Assembly: GCA_051942205.1 (NCBI GenBank) | Contig: JAVECO010000003.1 | Location: forward strand, 1-64,000 | Length of the DNA: 64,000 nt | Direction: 5' to 3' | Source of the DNA: Coniocarpon cinnabarinum | Taxonomy: Eukaryota | In this document: positions 23,995 through 37,180 of the stretch, piece by piece | Position numbering within the stretch: the first letter of the stretch is position 1 | Layout of the letters: each line of letters opens with the position of its first letter | Made by a program: the position numbers and the translations under genes | Notes under the pieces: model-generated | What the model saw: the letters and a program-made list of their open reading frames with translations, nothing else | What the model was told of the DNA's origin: nothing | Database searches by the model: none

Positions 23995-24657
23995 TTAGAG
24001 CATGGCGACCAAGCCTGCCATGCCGACCACGGCACCGGCACCAGCCTTCATTCCGGCAGCCATTGGGACTGCGCCTCCCGTGTAAGACGCAGCAGCGGCA
24101 CCAGCAGACCTAGCGGAGGTTGGGGAACTTCCGGCGTTCCCAATGGTAGGTGTTACGTTGTTGGTGTAGCTGCTCGCGGCGCTCGCGGCGCTTGTTGGGT
24201 TGCCGGTGGGCACGGCGGGGTTTGAAGCAGGAGCTGTGGTGCCAGTGGATCCTGAAGTGTAGGGGCCAGCATACTGGGAGGCGTAGGAGGAGCCGAGAGA
24301 AGATCCCCAGGATGCCCACGACGACCCGAGGGATGAAGCAGCTCCATTGGAGGTGTATGGACCTGCGTACTCCGAGGCGTAGGAAGAGGCCAGAGATGAA
24401 GCAGCTCCGTCTGAGGTGTAGGGGCCTGCATACTGCGAGGCGTAGGAAGAGGCCAGAGATGAAGCAGCTCCGTCTGAGGTGTATGGACCTGCATACTCTG
24501 AGGCGTATGAAGAGGCAAGGGATGCTCCGGCCCCATTAGAAGTGTACGGAGCGGCGTACTCGGATGAGTACACAGAGCCTACGGATGACCAGTCTTGTCC
24601 ATGGACTATAACAGCGAAGACGGCGGCGAGGACGCCGGTGGATGAAGTGAAGTGCAT
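23995..24657 (-). CDS. Small secreted, probably GPI-anchored, Ser/Ala/Tyr repeat protein
   Basis: Signal peptide MHFTSSTGVLAAVFAVIVHG, 20-aa repeats ASSYAS(E/Q)YAGPYTS(D/N)GAASSL, and YTGGA followed by a hydrophobic C-terminus. Confidence 0.85.
   Translation of the reverse strand: MHFTSSTGVLAAVFAVIVHGQDWSSVGSVYSSEYAAPYTSNGAGASLASSYASEYAGPYTSDGAASSLASSYASQYAGPYTSDGAASSLASSYASEYAGPYTSNGAASSLGSSWASWGSSLGSSYASQYAGPYTSGSTGTTAPASNPAVPTGNPTSAASAASSYTNNVTPTIGNAGSSPTSARSAGAAAASYTGGAVPMAAGMKAGAGAVVGMAGLVAML
24260..24560 (-). repeat. 60-bp coding tandem repeat (4-5 units)
   Basis: GAGGCGTAGGAAGAGGCCAGAGATGAAGCAGCTCC recurs at a 60-bp period. Confidence 0.85.
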
Positions 24658-26062
24658 GCTTGTAAGAGAGGTGGGAAGTGACAATCTGCGATGCTGGTAG
24701 GAAATATGAACGCTGTGGAATGCTTGGAAAGGAAACGATTGAAAGAGACGAGGGTTTACCAGACGATGCACATGAGAAGCATCGGATGCTCAGAGACGGT
24801 CACCAGCCTACATTTATATCGCGAGCATCACGGTGTTGCCTGCTCGTCGGCAGCTGAGACAATCGTAAAGGAGTGCTCACGGTCCTCAGGAAAGCCATGC
24901 CGTCCCCAAGCGCGAACAGCTACAGTATCACCATGTTTGACAGCACGGCCCTTTTTCGCCGAGAGTCGATTGGCCTCCACTGAAGCAATGCGTCAGGGAG
25001 CCCCATCCCGCGCCGCCTTTGGGTCTTGACTGACGAGCTAAGCCCCCGCCTGGCGGACTGAGGCGTCTGGATGACGAATGAACAGGCTGTGGGCACTGCT
25101 GCAGCTTACGGAGACAAGCATTGAGGCTTCTGCGCAGTTGACGCGCGGTGGATTTGGGTTCATGGCTGAAACGTAGTCCCGTTGTTGGAACCTCGCATTA
25201 GGTTGACTTCGCAGTCACGTGACCTTCTCACCTTGCTCTGTGCTCACGATATTCGACGACCGCAAGAGGAATCATCTCCCGACTGATGGATGCCTAGAGC
25301 TACTCGAAGCCGACTCCCTCGCACATATAACAGCCCGGAGCCGCATGTACTGTGTTCGTGATGCAAGACTGTGTTTCGCGTTCGATCAGCAGCACACGTT
25401 GCCTTCGCAGAGCTTTGTGTCCACATTAGATTGCTCAAGGTCGACTCGTAGTGTGCGATGTATCGTCAAAGCATCCGCTGACTAATAGACGCGCGACGAG
25501 AGCAGACCGTGACGGGCGTCTGTGCTCGACAACGTCCACGGCTTTAATCCACCAAGCTACGCCGCCAGGTAGGTGGATCGCAACTTCTACTCTTTTGAGC
25601 GTGTGACGATCCTAGAGAGGACACTTTTTCAAAAATTGGTCCCTAGCCGCCATGTGCTGCGTTCCATAATCCCAGTACTACACGTTTTCGGCAATGATTG
25701 AATTTTGAGGACGGGGCAAGCACCAACACATTTTCAAATTTTTACGCGTCTTCACGGGGTAATACAACATTGACACGATGGGGTCTTGGGCAAGTCTGCT
25801 GTGAATTTGAATGCTTGTGTCATAGGGGCATACGCATATAATTACTACAATAGACACCTTATAATCCAACGCCATCGGAAATTTCAAGTCAGTCCCTGAA
25901 TTGAGGATAGAAGCCAACCCTTCCAATACGCTACAAATGCAAAAAGCAATGGATCAGCGACACGCTAATACAGAGATGTTTTGCTATGAGATCCAGGAAC
26001 TCGACAAAAGTCGTTTGGATCATTCGAACGAACGCAGTCGCCATTCCCTTTTGCTCTGAGCA

Positions 26063-27217
26063 TTATTCCGCAAGTTGTCCGGTACTGTTTCCAGGTCTTG
26101 CACCATTCTCGCGTCTTATACCGTTCGCTCGTCTTATGATGTTCGCGCGTCTTGTGCCGTTCACCCGCCCCGTGCTACTCGGCTGTGTTGTTCCATTTGA
26201 CTGCCCGGTGATGTTCGGCTGCCTAATGCTATTCGTTTGGCGAGTGCCATTTGTCTGTCGAGTACCATTCGTCTGCCGAGTGCCGCTGTTTTGTCGAGTG
26301 CCATTTGTCTGCGCCGTGCTGTTGGTCTGCCTTATGCCATTGGTGCGACCGATCCCACGAGGTCTTGATGGGCCACTGCGTCGTGGCGCGTTCATGATGT
26401 CCCACAAATTTGGCGAAATGGTTTCGAATCCATCCGTACGTCTAGGACCGTTTGGCAATGCTCGAGGCCCGGAAAAGAGGTTATATGTTGGTGCTGGGTT
26501 TCTCACGGTTCCAAAGCCCTCGGCTTGCAAGTTGTTTGGCCTCCAGGATCCGCTCGAATGTCTAAACCTCGTCTGGAAATCTTCATACGTCATGAGTCGG
26601 AAGTCGCCTAACTCTCGATTCGTCTCGGAAGCCGCGCGAAAGAATTGCGCCTGCTGCTCGATGATGTCTGATTCGCTGGCCAAGGCCTGCACGATGGTTG
26701 CGAAACGTCGCTCATCCGTTTCGCGCAGCCTAGCTACAAACAAAGTTGATGCCTCTTCGTTAACATGGTCCTGGCTCTGAGGAATGGGTCGTGGAAGTAT
26801 CTCATTGAGCACTTGAAGAATGCGACGGACGTGGGCCTCGTTGGGCGCCATTGGTGGCGGAGAGGTCGAAGACGGTGCTGTGTTAGTTGAAGTTGTCTGG
26901 GATGGCAGAGAGGTCGAAGGCGGTGCTGTATCAGTTGAGTCTGTCTGGGGTGTTATTTCAGGTGTCTGATCCGGCTGATGCTCGCTGGCGACGTCGTCAT
27001 TGTTGTGGTTGTCGTCAGTCTCAATGTTGTTGTCCGTCGATACGTTGCTGTTACCATTGGTATGAAATGAGCGCTGACTAGGCGGCTCGAGAAAGAAACG
27101 CCAGGATGGTGATATCTCAGGCCTTGCGCGTCTGTTGGGAGAGCGATCTTCATCACCTGGCGAGTGAGGTCGTTTGGTCCCCCCATTGAGCTCAGTCGGA
27201 GGCATGCGATCAGACAT
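26063..27217 (-). CDS. Hypothetical, largely disordered protein with TNGTRQ hexapeptide repeats
   Basis: 384-aa ORF with an NLS-like KRPHSP..RRAR, a short helical core and 18-bp repeats at ~26080-26345. Confidence 0.65.
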   Translation of the reverse strand: MSDRMPPTELNGGTKRPHSPGDEDRSPNRRARPEISPSWRFFLEPPSQRSFHTNGNSNVSTDNNIETDDNHNNDDVASEHQPDQTPEITPQTDSTDTAPPSTSLPSQTTSTNTAPSSTSPPPMAPNEAHVRRILQVLNEILPRPIPQSQDHVNEEASTLFVARLRETDERRFATIVQALASESDIIEQQAQFFRAASETNRELGDFRLMTYEDFQTRFRHSSGSWRPNNLQAEGFGTVRNPAPTYNLFSGPRALPNGPRRTDGFETISPNLWDIMNAPRRSGPSRPRGIGRTNGIRQTNSTAQTNGTRQNSGTRQTNGTRQTNGTRQTNSIRQPNITGQSNGTTQPSSTGRVNGTRRANIIRRANGIRRENGARPGNSTGQLAE

Positions 27218-28891
27218 AGCGGTTAGTAATAGAGTGTTCAGCCAAGGCTGTCGCTACGATGGATGGCTTTTGCAATCACCAATTGATGTGCAGTTAGATC
27301 AAGTATGCCGCAAACAATACCGTTGAAGGAGAAGGAGAGGAGTCAAAGGATTGATGCATGGACAGAGAAGTCAATGGATCAAGCGAGCCTGAAAGAAGGA
27401 GCGCCCAAGTACATACCACTGACAAGATTTACGTCACCCACGCGTTGAGAGCCTTCTCTCCAATTCCAGGCGTCTACCGTGTTCATGCAGACACGCATGG
27501 GGTGCATGTCTGAGCGTTATAGCAGCGTCATGACAGCGTCACGACTCTCACGATCAGGCTGGCACAGGACAACAAATACGTACGGCCGGTCCGTTTTTTT
27601 CTCGAAAATGAGGACCGCGGAATCACGTCTTGACTCCCATTGTCAGGGCCAGTCAAGGGGCATGGTTTACGTGTGCTTGGCTGAGGCGAGTTGCCACTGT
27701 ATAATTAGCGGTCTGCAACGATCGCATAACACAGCTCTACCATGGCAGGGGACTTCAGAATTCAAATGACTCCTTCACAGCGTGCAAGCTGCATTGCTCA
27801 ACAGTCAGAAAAGGTTGAGGTTCTTGCGGGACGATTCTTCCTCTCAAGGGGCACGAAGTGTTGAGTACCTCCCAAATTGTTTCTTGGGGCATGAACTTCC
27901 CACAACAATTAGCCATAGTCGCGCTTCTGAAGATGTCGCTAGAGCGAACCACAAATTCGAGAGCTTCCCAGCGCCAAGAACCTTGATTGTGCAGCAAAAG
28001 ATGGCGGCGCCGGTAACTGCCCAGATATCCACGTCGGTCCTCATGGAGTCAACACTCATGTCCATATTGTGTGATGCAGTGGCGTTTCGCTTCTTACAAG
28101 AGAAATCTCCGGAATCGCCCAGAGACAGGTGCGCTTGGGCGTGGCGTGTTTGCAGGCAAGGGTCATGGACAAAACCGTCATTGCAAGAGTCCCGAACAGG
28201 ATTATGGAAAACCTCCCGCAACAGAATGTTGCGCCTTTGTAGGCAGGGAATCGCTGCGCCGTCGCACCGAGTGCTCTCAGACCCAATGCTTCCCTGTGTT
28301 AGAGACCTGCGCATCGCCACATTGACTTACTGACGTCACGTGCCCTCTTAAGATGTCTGCATAGAGGTCGCGACACATGTGGGTTTTGCCCATATTCGCA
28401 TGTGCATTTTTGTTGCAAGATCAGAATCTTTGAGTGCGATGTTCAAAGTCCATTGCGCAGGACAGCACCACTTGTTGCATGAATGAGAAGCCCAAGTGAG
28501 CTTTTAAGCTGCCAGGCAATAATCGTGTAGAAACAGTAATCTGCAAGCTTGCTTCTTTTACAACGGATCATTCGCTTGAGATTGGCATAAAGCTCGGACA
28601 AGCAGAGAGTATTGAATTAGATGGCCCTAGACGTAATGTATAATAAGACATGCTTGGCTGAGGATGATAAATGAAGCTTATTAGCAGTAAGGACGTCTTA
28701 TGAGTATATGCACTGAAGTAGGGGTAGTAGTATTGTGATTGCTTGCATCGACATCTGGGAAATATCCACTGATGACCAATGACTTCACAGGCTGCAGTGC
28801 TGGGATTCTCACCACAGATTGTACAAATCGATTGTGATCTGATAAAAGGTCCTGTAATATTCATCTACACGGGTTCACGTACCGTCGAAAA

Positions 28892-30279
28892 TCATGCCGT
28901 AAATGCTTGCCCCGCAAACCGCCGCACAAGCTCTTCCTCCAGTCCAAACTGAGGCTCCAACTCTCGTCGCACCTTCGGGCGGTTTCCGTTGTTGTTGTTG
29001 TTATTGTTGCCATGCGTGTGTTGATATCCAAAGTATCCACCAATGACTGCCGCAAGGATGCAAATAATAAGCACGACAATGCCAAACAACCACCACTTGA
29101 GCTTTCTTCTCGTCTTGGCATGTTGAATGCCCTTGTCGAGCTGCTTGTTGCCCTCGACCGTGTTCTTATTGACATCTGCAGTTTGCTCTTCAGCTTTAGC
29201 GATTTGTGGCTCTTGCAATTCGACTTGTGCTGCCAGCTCCAGGAACATTTGGTTGAGCTCCATCAGCGTCTTCTCGATGTTTTGGATGTCGTTGTGGCGC
29301 GCACGGACATTGCCGAGCACACTTGAAGCAGCTCCTGTGCGGTTGGATTTGAGCTAAGGTTATTTGTTAGCTTGTGATGTAAAGGGAAGCTATGGGAGCT
29401 CGAGAAATGACATACCGCGGTCTGGAAAACTCCCTCATTACCCCAATCAGCTTCCGCAGCTTCTCTGACCTCACTGTCAGATGCCTCGGGATTGACGATC
29501 TTGTACTCTCGAGCAATCTGCTCCTGATACCTTCTCTTGTAGGCCTGCTCTTCCTTCTGATAGTCCTCAAGCTGTGTCTTGAAATGGCCCTTGAGCGTTC
29601 TTATCTGACTCTTCTTGGTGGTGTTGTCCCCGGACTTCAGCGCATCGGCCTCTAGCTGCCTGATCTGACTCTGGATTTTGGTGTTCAGGATCTGAGTGTT
29701 GGTGACGAGGTTGTCGAGCTGCGCGTGGTTGGCATCTGGTGACGAGATGAGCCGCTGATGTACACTGCCTATCTCGCCAATATTCTGAGTAAGTTCTCGA
29801 ATCTGACCGCGAATGTTCTCAACACGCGCCAGGAAGTCTTGATTGCTCAGTGTCGTTGGAGGTGCCTCCACGCGCACGACCCCAGGCTCACCCAGACCTC
29901 CATACCTGCCAGCTGCAGTAGTGCCGCTGTATGCGTTTGAATTGGCGCCTGGAGTTACAGTGCCAGGCGTCTGCGCATTGGAGTAATTACTGTCCGCATG
30001 ATCGAGAGGCGGTTGAGATGGCGGTCTAGGGTCTGTCGTTGGCTGGCCTGATAAGGGTCCATGGCTTTGCTGCCGCGAAGAAGCTGCATACGGGTTTGAA
30101 GTTGCGTAGCCTTGCTGTGAGGAGCTGGTACCGTAAGGATTTGAGGCGCCGTAGCCCTGCTGCGCAGACGAAGCCGAGGCGTAAGGGTTGCTTTGCTGCT
30201 GACCGTAGGGCGTCGTGGCTTCAGAAGAGCCTGGAGTGCCGTACGGGTTGCCCCCGTACTCCTGGTAGCCGTAGGACAT
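28892..30279 (-). CDS. Plasma-membrane syntaxin (Sso1/Sso2-like Qa-SNARE)
   Basis: Habc region, REYKIVNPEAS, SNARE motif ARHNDIQNIEKTL.EL.QMF.ELA..VE.Q and a C-terminal TM helix. One intron (~29355-29415). Confidence 0.93.
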
Positions 30280-30811
30280 GCTGACGGGGCGATGCGCTCA
30301 ACTACCGCAGCGAGTGGTGAAGAGTGCGAGACTTTCAGAGAGAGAACCGGAAGTCCCGGCTGCTCCGCCGAGGAGCTCAGGGCGAGATTAACGCCCCGAC
30401 ACAAGACCCAGTGATCAAGAAGAGGTGAGGAGCATGCGCAGCTGACGACAAGACTAGAAACGAGGTAGTATGCAGTAGATTAGCAAAGAGGCAGATGGGC
30501 GGATGGGGTTGCGCCGCAGCTCCACCGAATGACTGAACTACTGAACTACTGAACTACTGTACTGTGACAGCAGCTGGGGCGAGGGAGCCTCCAATGAGGC
30601 CGAGCTGCCTGATTCGCAAGGCCGGAAAACGACCCTCCGGAGTTTGCGCTTCGTAAGTCCGTCGCAAAGTACGAGGGTCCCTGTGGCTGCACAGCGTTTT
30701 GAATATCCAAAGGCACCAGCAAAGACATCCTCCACGCTCAGGCGCTCTTGAAAGGCTGCACCCTCCTTCCCTCGTCGCCCAGACACCGAGGCTGTCATCA
30801 AGACTCTCGTC

Positions 30812-32114
30812 ATGTCTGAGGCGCCCATCGGTATGCCCTTGTCCTCCCCTCCAAACAGCTCCCATCCCAGCTACGCGCAATTCACCCAGTTGACGCAATC
30901 ATGCAGTCCTCGATGGCGGCACCGGCTTCCTCAAAGCTGGCTATGCCGGCCAGAACTTCCCAGATCACCAATATCCCTCCATCGTCGGACGGCCCATCCT
31001 CCGCAGCGAGGAGCGCGCAGGCGACATCGCGGTCAAGGACCTCATGTGCGGCGACGAGGCGGCGGCCGCGCGTAGCATGCTCCAGATTAGCTATCCCATG
31101 GAAAATGGCATCATCAAGAAGTGGGACGACATGCAGCATCTTTGGGACTTCACATTTTACGAGCGCATGGGCGTTGATACATCCGGGCGGAAGATCCTAC
31201 TCACAGAGCCGCCCATGAATCCTTTACGGAATCGCGCGCAGATGTGCGAGGTCATGTTCGAGCGGTACAATTTCGGTGGCGTCTACGTGGCGATTCAAGC
31301 AGTGCTGGCGCTGTATGCACAGGGTCTGAGCAGCGGAGTGGTGGTGGACAGCGGAGACGGCGTGACGCACATTGTGCCCGTGTACGAAAGCACGGTGCTT
31401 AATCATCTCACAAAAAGGCTAGACGTGGCGGGACGCGATGTGACGAGGAACCTGATCGGGCTTCTGTTAAGGAGGGGCTATGCATTGAATCGGACGGCAG
31501 ACTTCGAGACTGTGCGGCAGATAAAAGAGAAGCTCTGTTACGTGTCTTATGATTTGGCACTGGATCAGCGGCTTTCCGAGGATACGACAGTCTTGGTGGA
31601 ATCATACACACTGCCGGATGGGCGAGTGATTAAGATTGGGAGCGAACGATTCGAAGCGCCAGAATGTCTTTTTCAACCACACCTGGTAGATGTGGAAGAT
31701 CCGGGCATCGGAGAGACGCTCTTCAACACCATCCAGAAAGCCGATGTCGACGTGCGATCGAGTCTTTATAAAGCGATAGTTTTGAGTGGTGGGAGTTCGA
31801 TGTATCCCGGACTTCCGAGCCGGCTGGAGAAGGAGCTGAAGCAACTATGGTTAACGAGAGTATTAGGTGGCAATCCCGAACGATTGAATGTGGGTCACAG
31901 GCGACGCAGTGGCGAAAAGCGTGAACGACTTGCTGACTCCTTTCAGAAATTCAAAGTACGTATAGAAGACCCACCACGGAGACGACACATGGTCTTCCTC
32001 GGCGGCGCAGTCCTTGCAAACATCATGGCGGACAAGCACGACATGTGGATATCCAAGCAAGAATGGGCGGAGCAGGGCGACAGGGCAATGGAGAAGCTTG
32101 GTCCAAGATCGTGA
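30812..32114 (+). CDS. ARP2: Actin-related protein 2 (Arp2/3 complex)
   Basis: [58 protein letters not shown] and [12 protein letters not shown] motifs. Two introns. Confidence 0.97.
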
Positions 32115-32572
32115 GTTTCACGTCGTTCGCTATGTGGAACACGGTCATGGAGCATGTGGCCGAGAGCACAACTAGCGAAGGACTCAGGACTTAAAGTTGT
32201 TGCAAAGTGCAACTTGAGGCTACAAGCGCTGGCGCATTGAACAGCGCTTGCATCAAATGCGTTGCGGAGCCGCTTCGCATGCAGAGGACGCTCATCCTAG
32301 CACATGCAGTGCGAGTCCACGACAGAAACACGGAAGACGACCCTTGCTCGGGCGTTTGGAATTCCCAAAGATATTATCATCAGATCAGACATAGTCCAGT
32401 ACGCGAGCGATAAAAGCGCTCCAGCGCACATAGAATATCTCACCAACGCCTTGCCATGGTAGTGAATGCAGCCAAACAGACGTCTAGTCGTGTCTCCTGG
32501 TGCTATACTCGAGCGTCTGTGAAACGGGTTTCGTAGCTGTATCTAGTCGTATGCATCCATGTCTAGCATGCT

Positions 32573-34424
32573 CTAGTGCTCTCGCATTGCTTCTTCCTCT
32601 TCTTCCGGATCGCTATCTATAGCTGCTTCATCCTCTGATTTTTTCTTACGCTCTTCGTCCATCTCTCTGTATGTCGCCCACGATAACACAATAAACGCCA
32701 CGATGATCAGGAGTCCGCCAACGACGGCCGCACCAGATAGAGGTGTATTGAGAGGCGGAGGTAGCAACTGGTCAACGAGAGCCACCAGGAAAATGGTAAG
32801 CAGGGCAGCGACGGATGACAGAACTGGGGAAGTGAGAGAGATGAGCACCAGGAAAGATCCTGAAAAGACTAAGTTTTACGTTAGTGACGATAGTCAGCCA
32901 CAGGATCATGACGTGTCAAACTCACTCGCGTTGGCAGTCACACTGATACCAAGCATCCAAGCCGCCTCGCCTCTGGGCAGTTCAAATTTCTCCCAGCCAA
33001 GCCAGTGCAGAATCGGCATAGGTATCCAAAGCACCAACAGAGTGAACATTCCCAGAGCGCTTCCCATAGTGTTCGCAAAAAGCATGCTGCGGCCGGGACT
33101 TGTGTCTTCGGGAGGGCACATGTACTTTTTGTACAAGACTTCATAGAAGCCATAGAGAACTGATCCGATGCCAATGACAATGTTGCCGAGTGCCCTATTG
33201 TCGGCGTCACTATTGGGCCTGGATTCTTCAGGATGACCAGTCTTGCCACCTGTTCCACCACCAGATTTTGAACCATGCTTTGGTGGATGGCTATCTCCAT
33301 AGGCGACCACGAGCACACCGACGATTGCAACACCGACAGCAGCCATTTTATTCCATCTCAGCTTCTCATGCAGAATTGGCACGGAGAATGCGTACGCGAA
33401 GAAAGCGCTGCAGTTGTAGATCGCGGTCAAGTCGGAGGCGGTCGTCAAACTCACGGCCACGTACCATGAACCACCCGCGATAGTCAAGGCAGATGTGACA
33501 AAGGCGGTTGTGCGTATGATGTAGCGCCAAGGATTGATGTGAGAAGCGCGAGACGGCGCGTGAGTATCCTGGTACTGGACCATGAGAGCCGTTTGGGTGA
33601 GCTGTCGAGTGTGCCAGCGCCAGAACGATTTCCAGGGCATAGCCCGCTTCTGGACACGTAGAATCGCAAGCTGGAGGAACCACAACATCGACCAAGAACC
33701 ATGTGTAAAATATCTGCATGGATCAGTGAATTGTGCCGGCGACTGGATTATGAGGAGAGACTCACAACATGCCGTAACTTTTACTCCAGCCCAAGTGCTT
33801 CTTGATATACACGGCCGTTTCGGTTTGGATGGTAAAGCTGATCAGGCTAACTACCAGGAAAAATGCTGCATAGACATAACGAGTTCTCGTCGCGCTCCTC
33901 GCTGCCGCATCTGAGTCAACCTCCTTGAAAGTAGACTTGCGTCGCAGCAGAGGAGGGGCAGGCCCATCTGCTCCCATTGCGCCTGCAGCGTATCCATTTT
34001 CTTTTCGACCAGATCCCAGGAGAGGCGTACCAGACTTGCCATCCGTTGGCCGATGATAAGGGGGTCTCAGGTCTGTAGGCATGGTGGATGGATGTGCCCT
34101 CAGGGGGTCGTGCTCGTCAAAATTATCGTCGTCCCAGTCTTCAAATGCGTCTGGGTCGACGATGCCGCTGTCTGTCTTCTTGTGCGACGCGGCCGCGTAG
34201 GAATTCGCGGAGGGGGCAGCGCTGCCGTTGATGGGATGAGCTCGCTGGGGCGAAGGGTGAGGGATGGCCGCAGTGGGAGTGTGTGGGTAGGTGGACGAGA
34301 CGGGATGAGGGTCGTGATCGGAGTAATGTGGTGGATTGGCGGAGCCGTTGGGCAGGGGGGAGAAGGATTCGGCGGTGACTCGAGACGAAGTGGTCAGGGA
34401 GCCATTTGGAGAGGAAGGGGGCAT
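32573..34424 (-). CDS. DMT/EamA-family membrane transporter (Thi74/SLC35F-like)
   Basis: Multiple TM helices; SFTIQTETA, Y.THGSW, SDLTAIYNCSAFFAYAFS and LISLTSPVLSSVAALLTIFLV motifs. Two introns. Confidence 0.85.
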
Positions 34425-35148
34425 GCACGCGGTGTTGATGGAGCAGTGGTCACGATCGACCTAGCAAGGTGTCCAGCTGGGCCGAGGGCGGAGGGAGGAT
34501 GAGGGATGAGCGAGCTGGTGGTGACTGATGGGCGTGGCCAGCTTGCATGCGCATCACCATCTGATCCGGTCAACAGCCTCTCCCCTTTCTTCACGCAGCA
34601 GTCGGCCCGCGGCACAAGGGGAGAGGGAGAGGGAGAGAGAGAGAGAGAGGGAGGGAGAATTGTAAGTGTTGAAATGGGACAACACCTCCAGATGCGTTCT
34701 TGTAACGAACAAGATCGGCTCTTCAGTGCATCGGGTATAGGTAGACTCCTGGCATTTCCCAAACACCAAGTCTGCAATGACTTCTTGGTACGGAGTACTA
34801 CGACCGGGCCAGCCCTATCACGTGCCGATGCAAGTCGTGGATTACAATCTGGCAGGGTCACCAAATCTTCCCGTGCGCTCCTCAAGATCAAGACCTTTCA
34901 AATTACATTTCGGACGGTCGGTGACTTTGACGGTTGGCCGGGTATTGAGTCGATGCATATTCAAGTCTGAGGATCTCGTCGTTTGATCAATGGCTTTTGC
35001 CACCAGCTCAGGGTATCTATCGTCTACTCATTGACAAGGCGCCATCTCCAAAGGATCAGGTACTGCTCCTACCGGCCTCTACCAGAACGTGTGTACATTA
35101 GAACCTCGTATATGGCACCTGGCATTCCAATCAACGGCTCGTCACGCT

Positions 35149-36841
35149 TCATCTGCCTGTCCGACTGAGAGCCCGCAGCAAATCTCCCGCGCTTGGCTTG
35201 GATGCCCCTTGTCCTTGACTTTCGGCCTCTTGCTTCTGCTGTAGAGCACCAGACGCCTCGCTCATGGCGCCTTCTGCCACCTCACGCACAACCTCGTCGA
35301 GCATTGTCAATTTGTGTACACCGTCTGCAAAGCTGTCGACCTTGAACTCCAAGGCCGTTGACGCTTGCTTCAGTCGAGTTCTGGTCTTCACAACTGTGCT
35401 TGAATCTTTATCATTGAGCGATTGCGCGAAAGTCTGCTGCGGATTCTCAAGGTGAGTCAATCCTGCAGGTTGTCCTTGCTCGGTTGCTGCGCGAATCGCG
35501 TTAAGACTTGACGCTAATCTCGTAAAGAGGCCAGTCCACTGCACTTTTTCTTGCTCAAGCCTGTTTGAACTGTCAGCAGATGCACGCGAAACGTAACACT
35601 TTGGCTGTTCTACCTTTGAACTTCCGCCTCGAGCTCCTGCAACTGGGACGCATTCTGAACATTTCGTGGATGTGGCTTTTTCACTAAAGCCGCTGCTCTG
35701 ACCTCTTCTTCGCGACTGAACCAATCTGATGACTCGGACTTGTTGGTGAAGTCTGTGAGCATCTCATCTTGAATAGTTTTGGCCGCAAGTCTGGCGTTCA
35801 CGTCCCCTTTTGACGGCTCTCCAGGCCGCTCAATTAGCGCTCGTGATCCACACCATGTAAGCAGTTGTTTCATGCGTCGCGGCTCGGGAATGTCGTTTGA
35901 GATATGCTTGTAAAATTCGCCAACGGCCACATTATGATGAGGTACGGCTGCTTGTAAAATCAGTACGTCAGTTGTAGGGTCTTCTACAAGATTACGTGTT
36001 CACGTACCATTTGACGTGCCACTATCAATCAAAGAGCTTGCGCGTCTTCCTCTCATTGTGCTACTGCTTCTCCTGCGATTTTCGGCACTTATTTGACGCA
36101 TCTCTCTGTTGCGTTGAATGACGGGAGTGTCTGCAAATGGCAGTGCAATTTTGGTGTCTCTTCTTTTGCGCTCGATTCGCAGCCTGGTGTCTTCATCCTG
36201 AGGTGCTGAGCTGGTTCCTGAGGCGTCATGGCTGTCGGGAGGTCGCTCTTTCAGCCTCCCTCGGCGCGCATCATCTCCTCTCGATACCGGCTCCAGACTA
36301 GGTGATTGCGCATCTTCGCCCGACAGCCGTTTTGATCGTCGTGTGGTAGCAGATGCTTTGCTCGTCTGTGCACTCTTCTCTGGCCCATCGGAGGACGGGT
36401 TCGTTCGCGCGCCCTTTCGTTTCGGAGGGTCATGATGTTTGGTGGGGGGTTCCACGTCTTCTGGTATTGCCTGGGGCGGAGCTGGTTGCTTCTGGCTTTT
36501 CTTTGGCTTCCTAATAAATTTGAAGTCGTCTTCGTTGGAGTCACGAACTAGACAGAGGTTAGCATGGCTGAGTTGATGCGTTTCGCGCACGATTGGAGAA
36601 CATGGAACCGCGCTTTAAGGCAAGTCATACATTGGCTGACCGTCTGGGCTGGCGTGGCGGGCTGCTTTCCCTTCGCTTGCTTGCTCGTCTCGCGCGAACG
36701 CGATTTGTCAACTTTCTGCTTTTTGGCGGGTGGCGCATCGTCTATTTCTCCATCTAAGCGCGCACTTGCTCTGCGTGTTTGTCTCTGAAGAGACGCCATG
36801 CTCAGCAATTCCAAGGGTGGGCGTGTGACGGCCACGGTCAT
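35149..36841 (-). CDS. DSN1: Kinetochore Mis12/MIND complex subunit Dsn1/Mis13
   Basis: IALPFADTPVI.RN.EMR, RRSS..MRGRRASSLID.G, EFYKHI...PEPRRMKQLLTWC and LEFKVD.FADGVHKL motifs. Three introns. Confidence 0.9.
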
Positions 36842-37180
36842 GCCGAATCTGTTGTCCGGAGCGAGCGGCGGCGAACACTGTCACAAAAGTTCCTTCGGGT
36901 AGCACTGGCATTGACTTTGCATAGCCGAGCGAAGTGCGCGCAGTCCAGCTCTTACCAGTCTTTCGAGCACGCTGCTGGACGTACTTGGCGACGCGGTTGC
37001 GAAGTGGAGGAAGCAAGTCAAAACATCGCGTCAAATCGGGATCAGCTCGGTTGCCTAATAAGTGAGGCAGCATTCTATCTAACGGCTCGAGCGTGGTTGC
37101 CTAAAATGGGTTGCTATGCGGCGGTCTTGGCATTGAGGTTACTGTATGATTAGTTAGCACTGCTTTTCCTCTACCACTTA

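Noticed and set aside
25986..26780. 264-aa hydrophobic Cys-rich plus-strand ORF
   Set aside because: Antisense shadow of the repeat-rich ORF 26063-27217.
27479..28333. Overlapping 80-180 aa ORFs on both strands
   Set aside because: Mostly non-ATG starts, random-like composition and no family motifs.
34425..34990. TPP riboswitch upstream of the Thi74-like transporter
   Set aside because: The conserved aptamer cores (CTGAGA, ACCTGAT..TAATGC) were not found.
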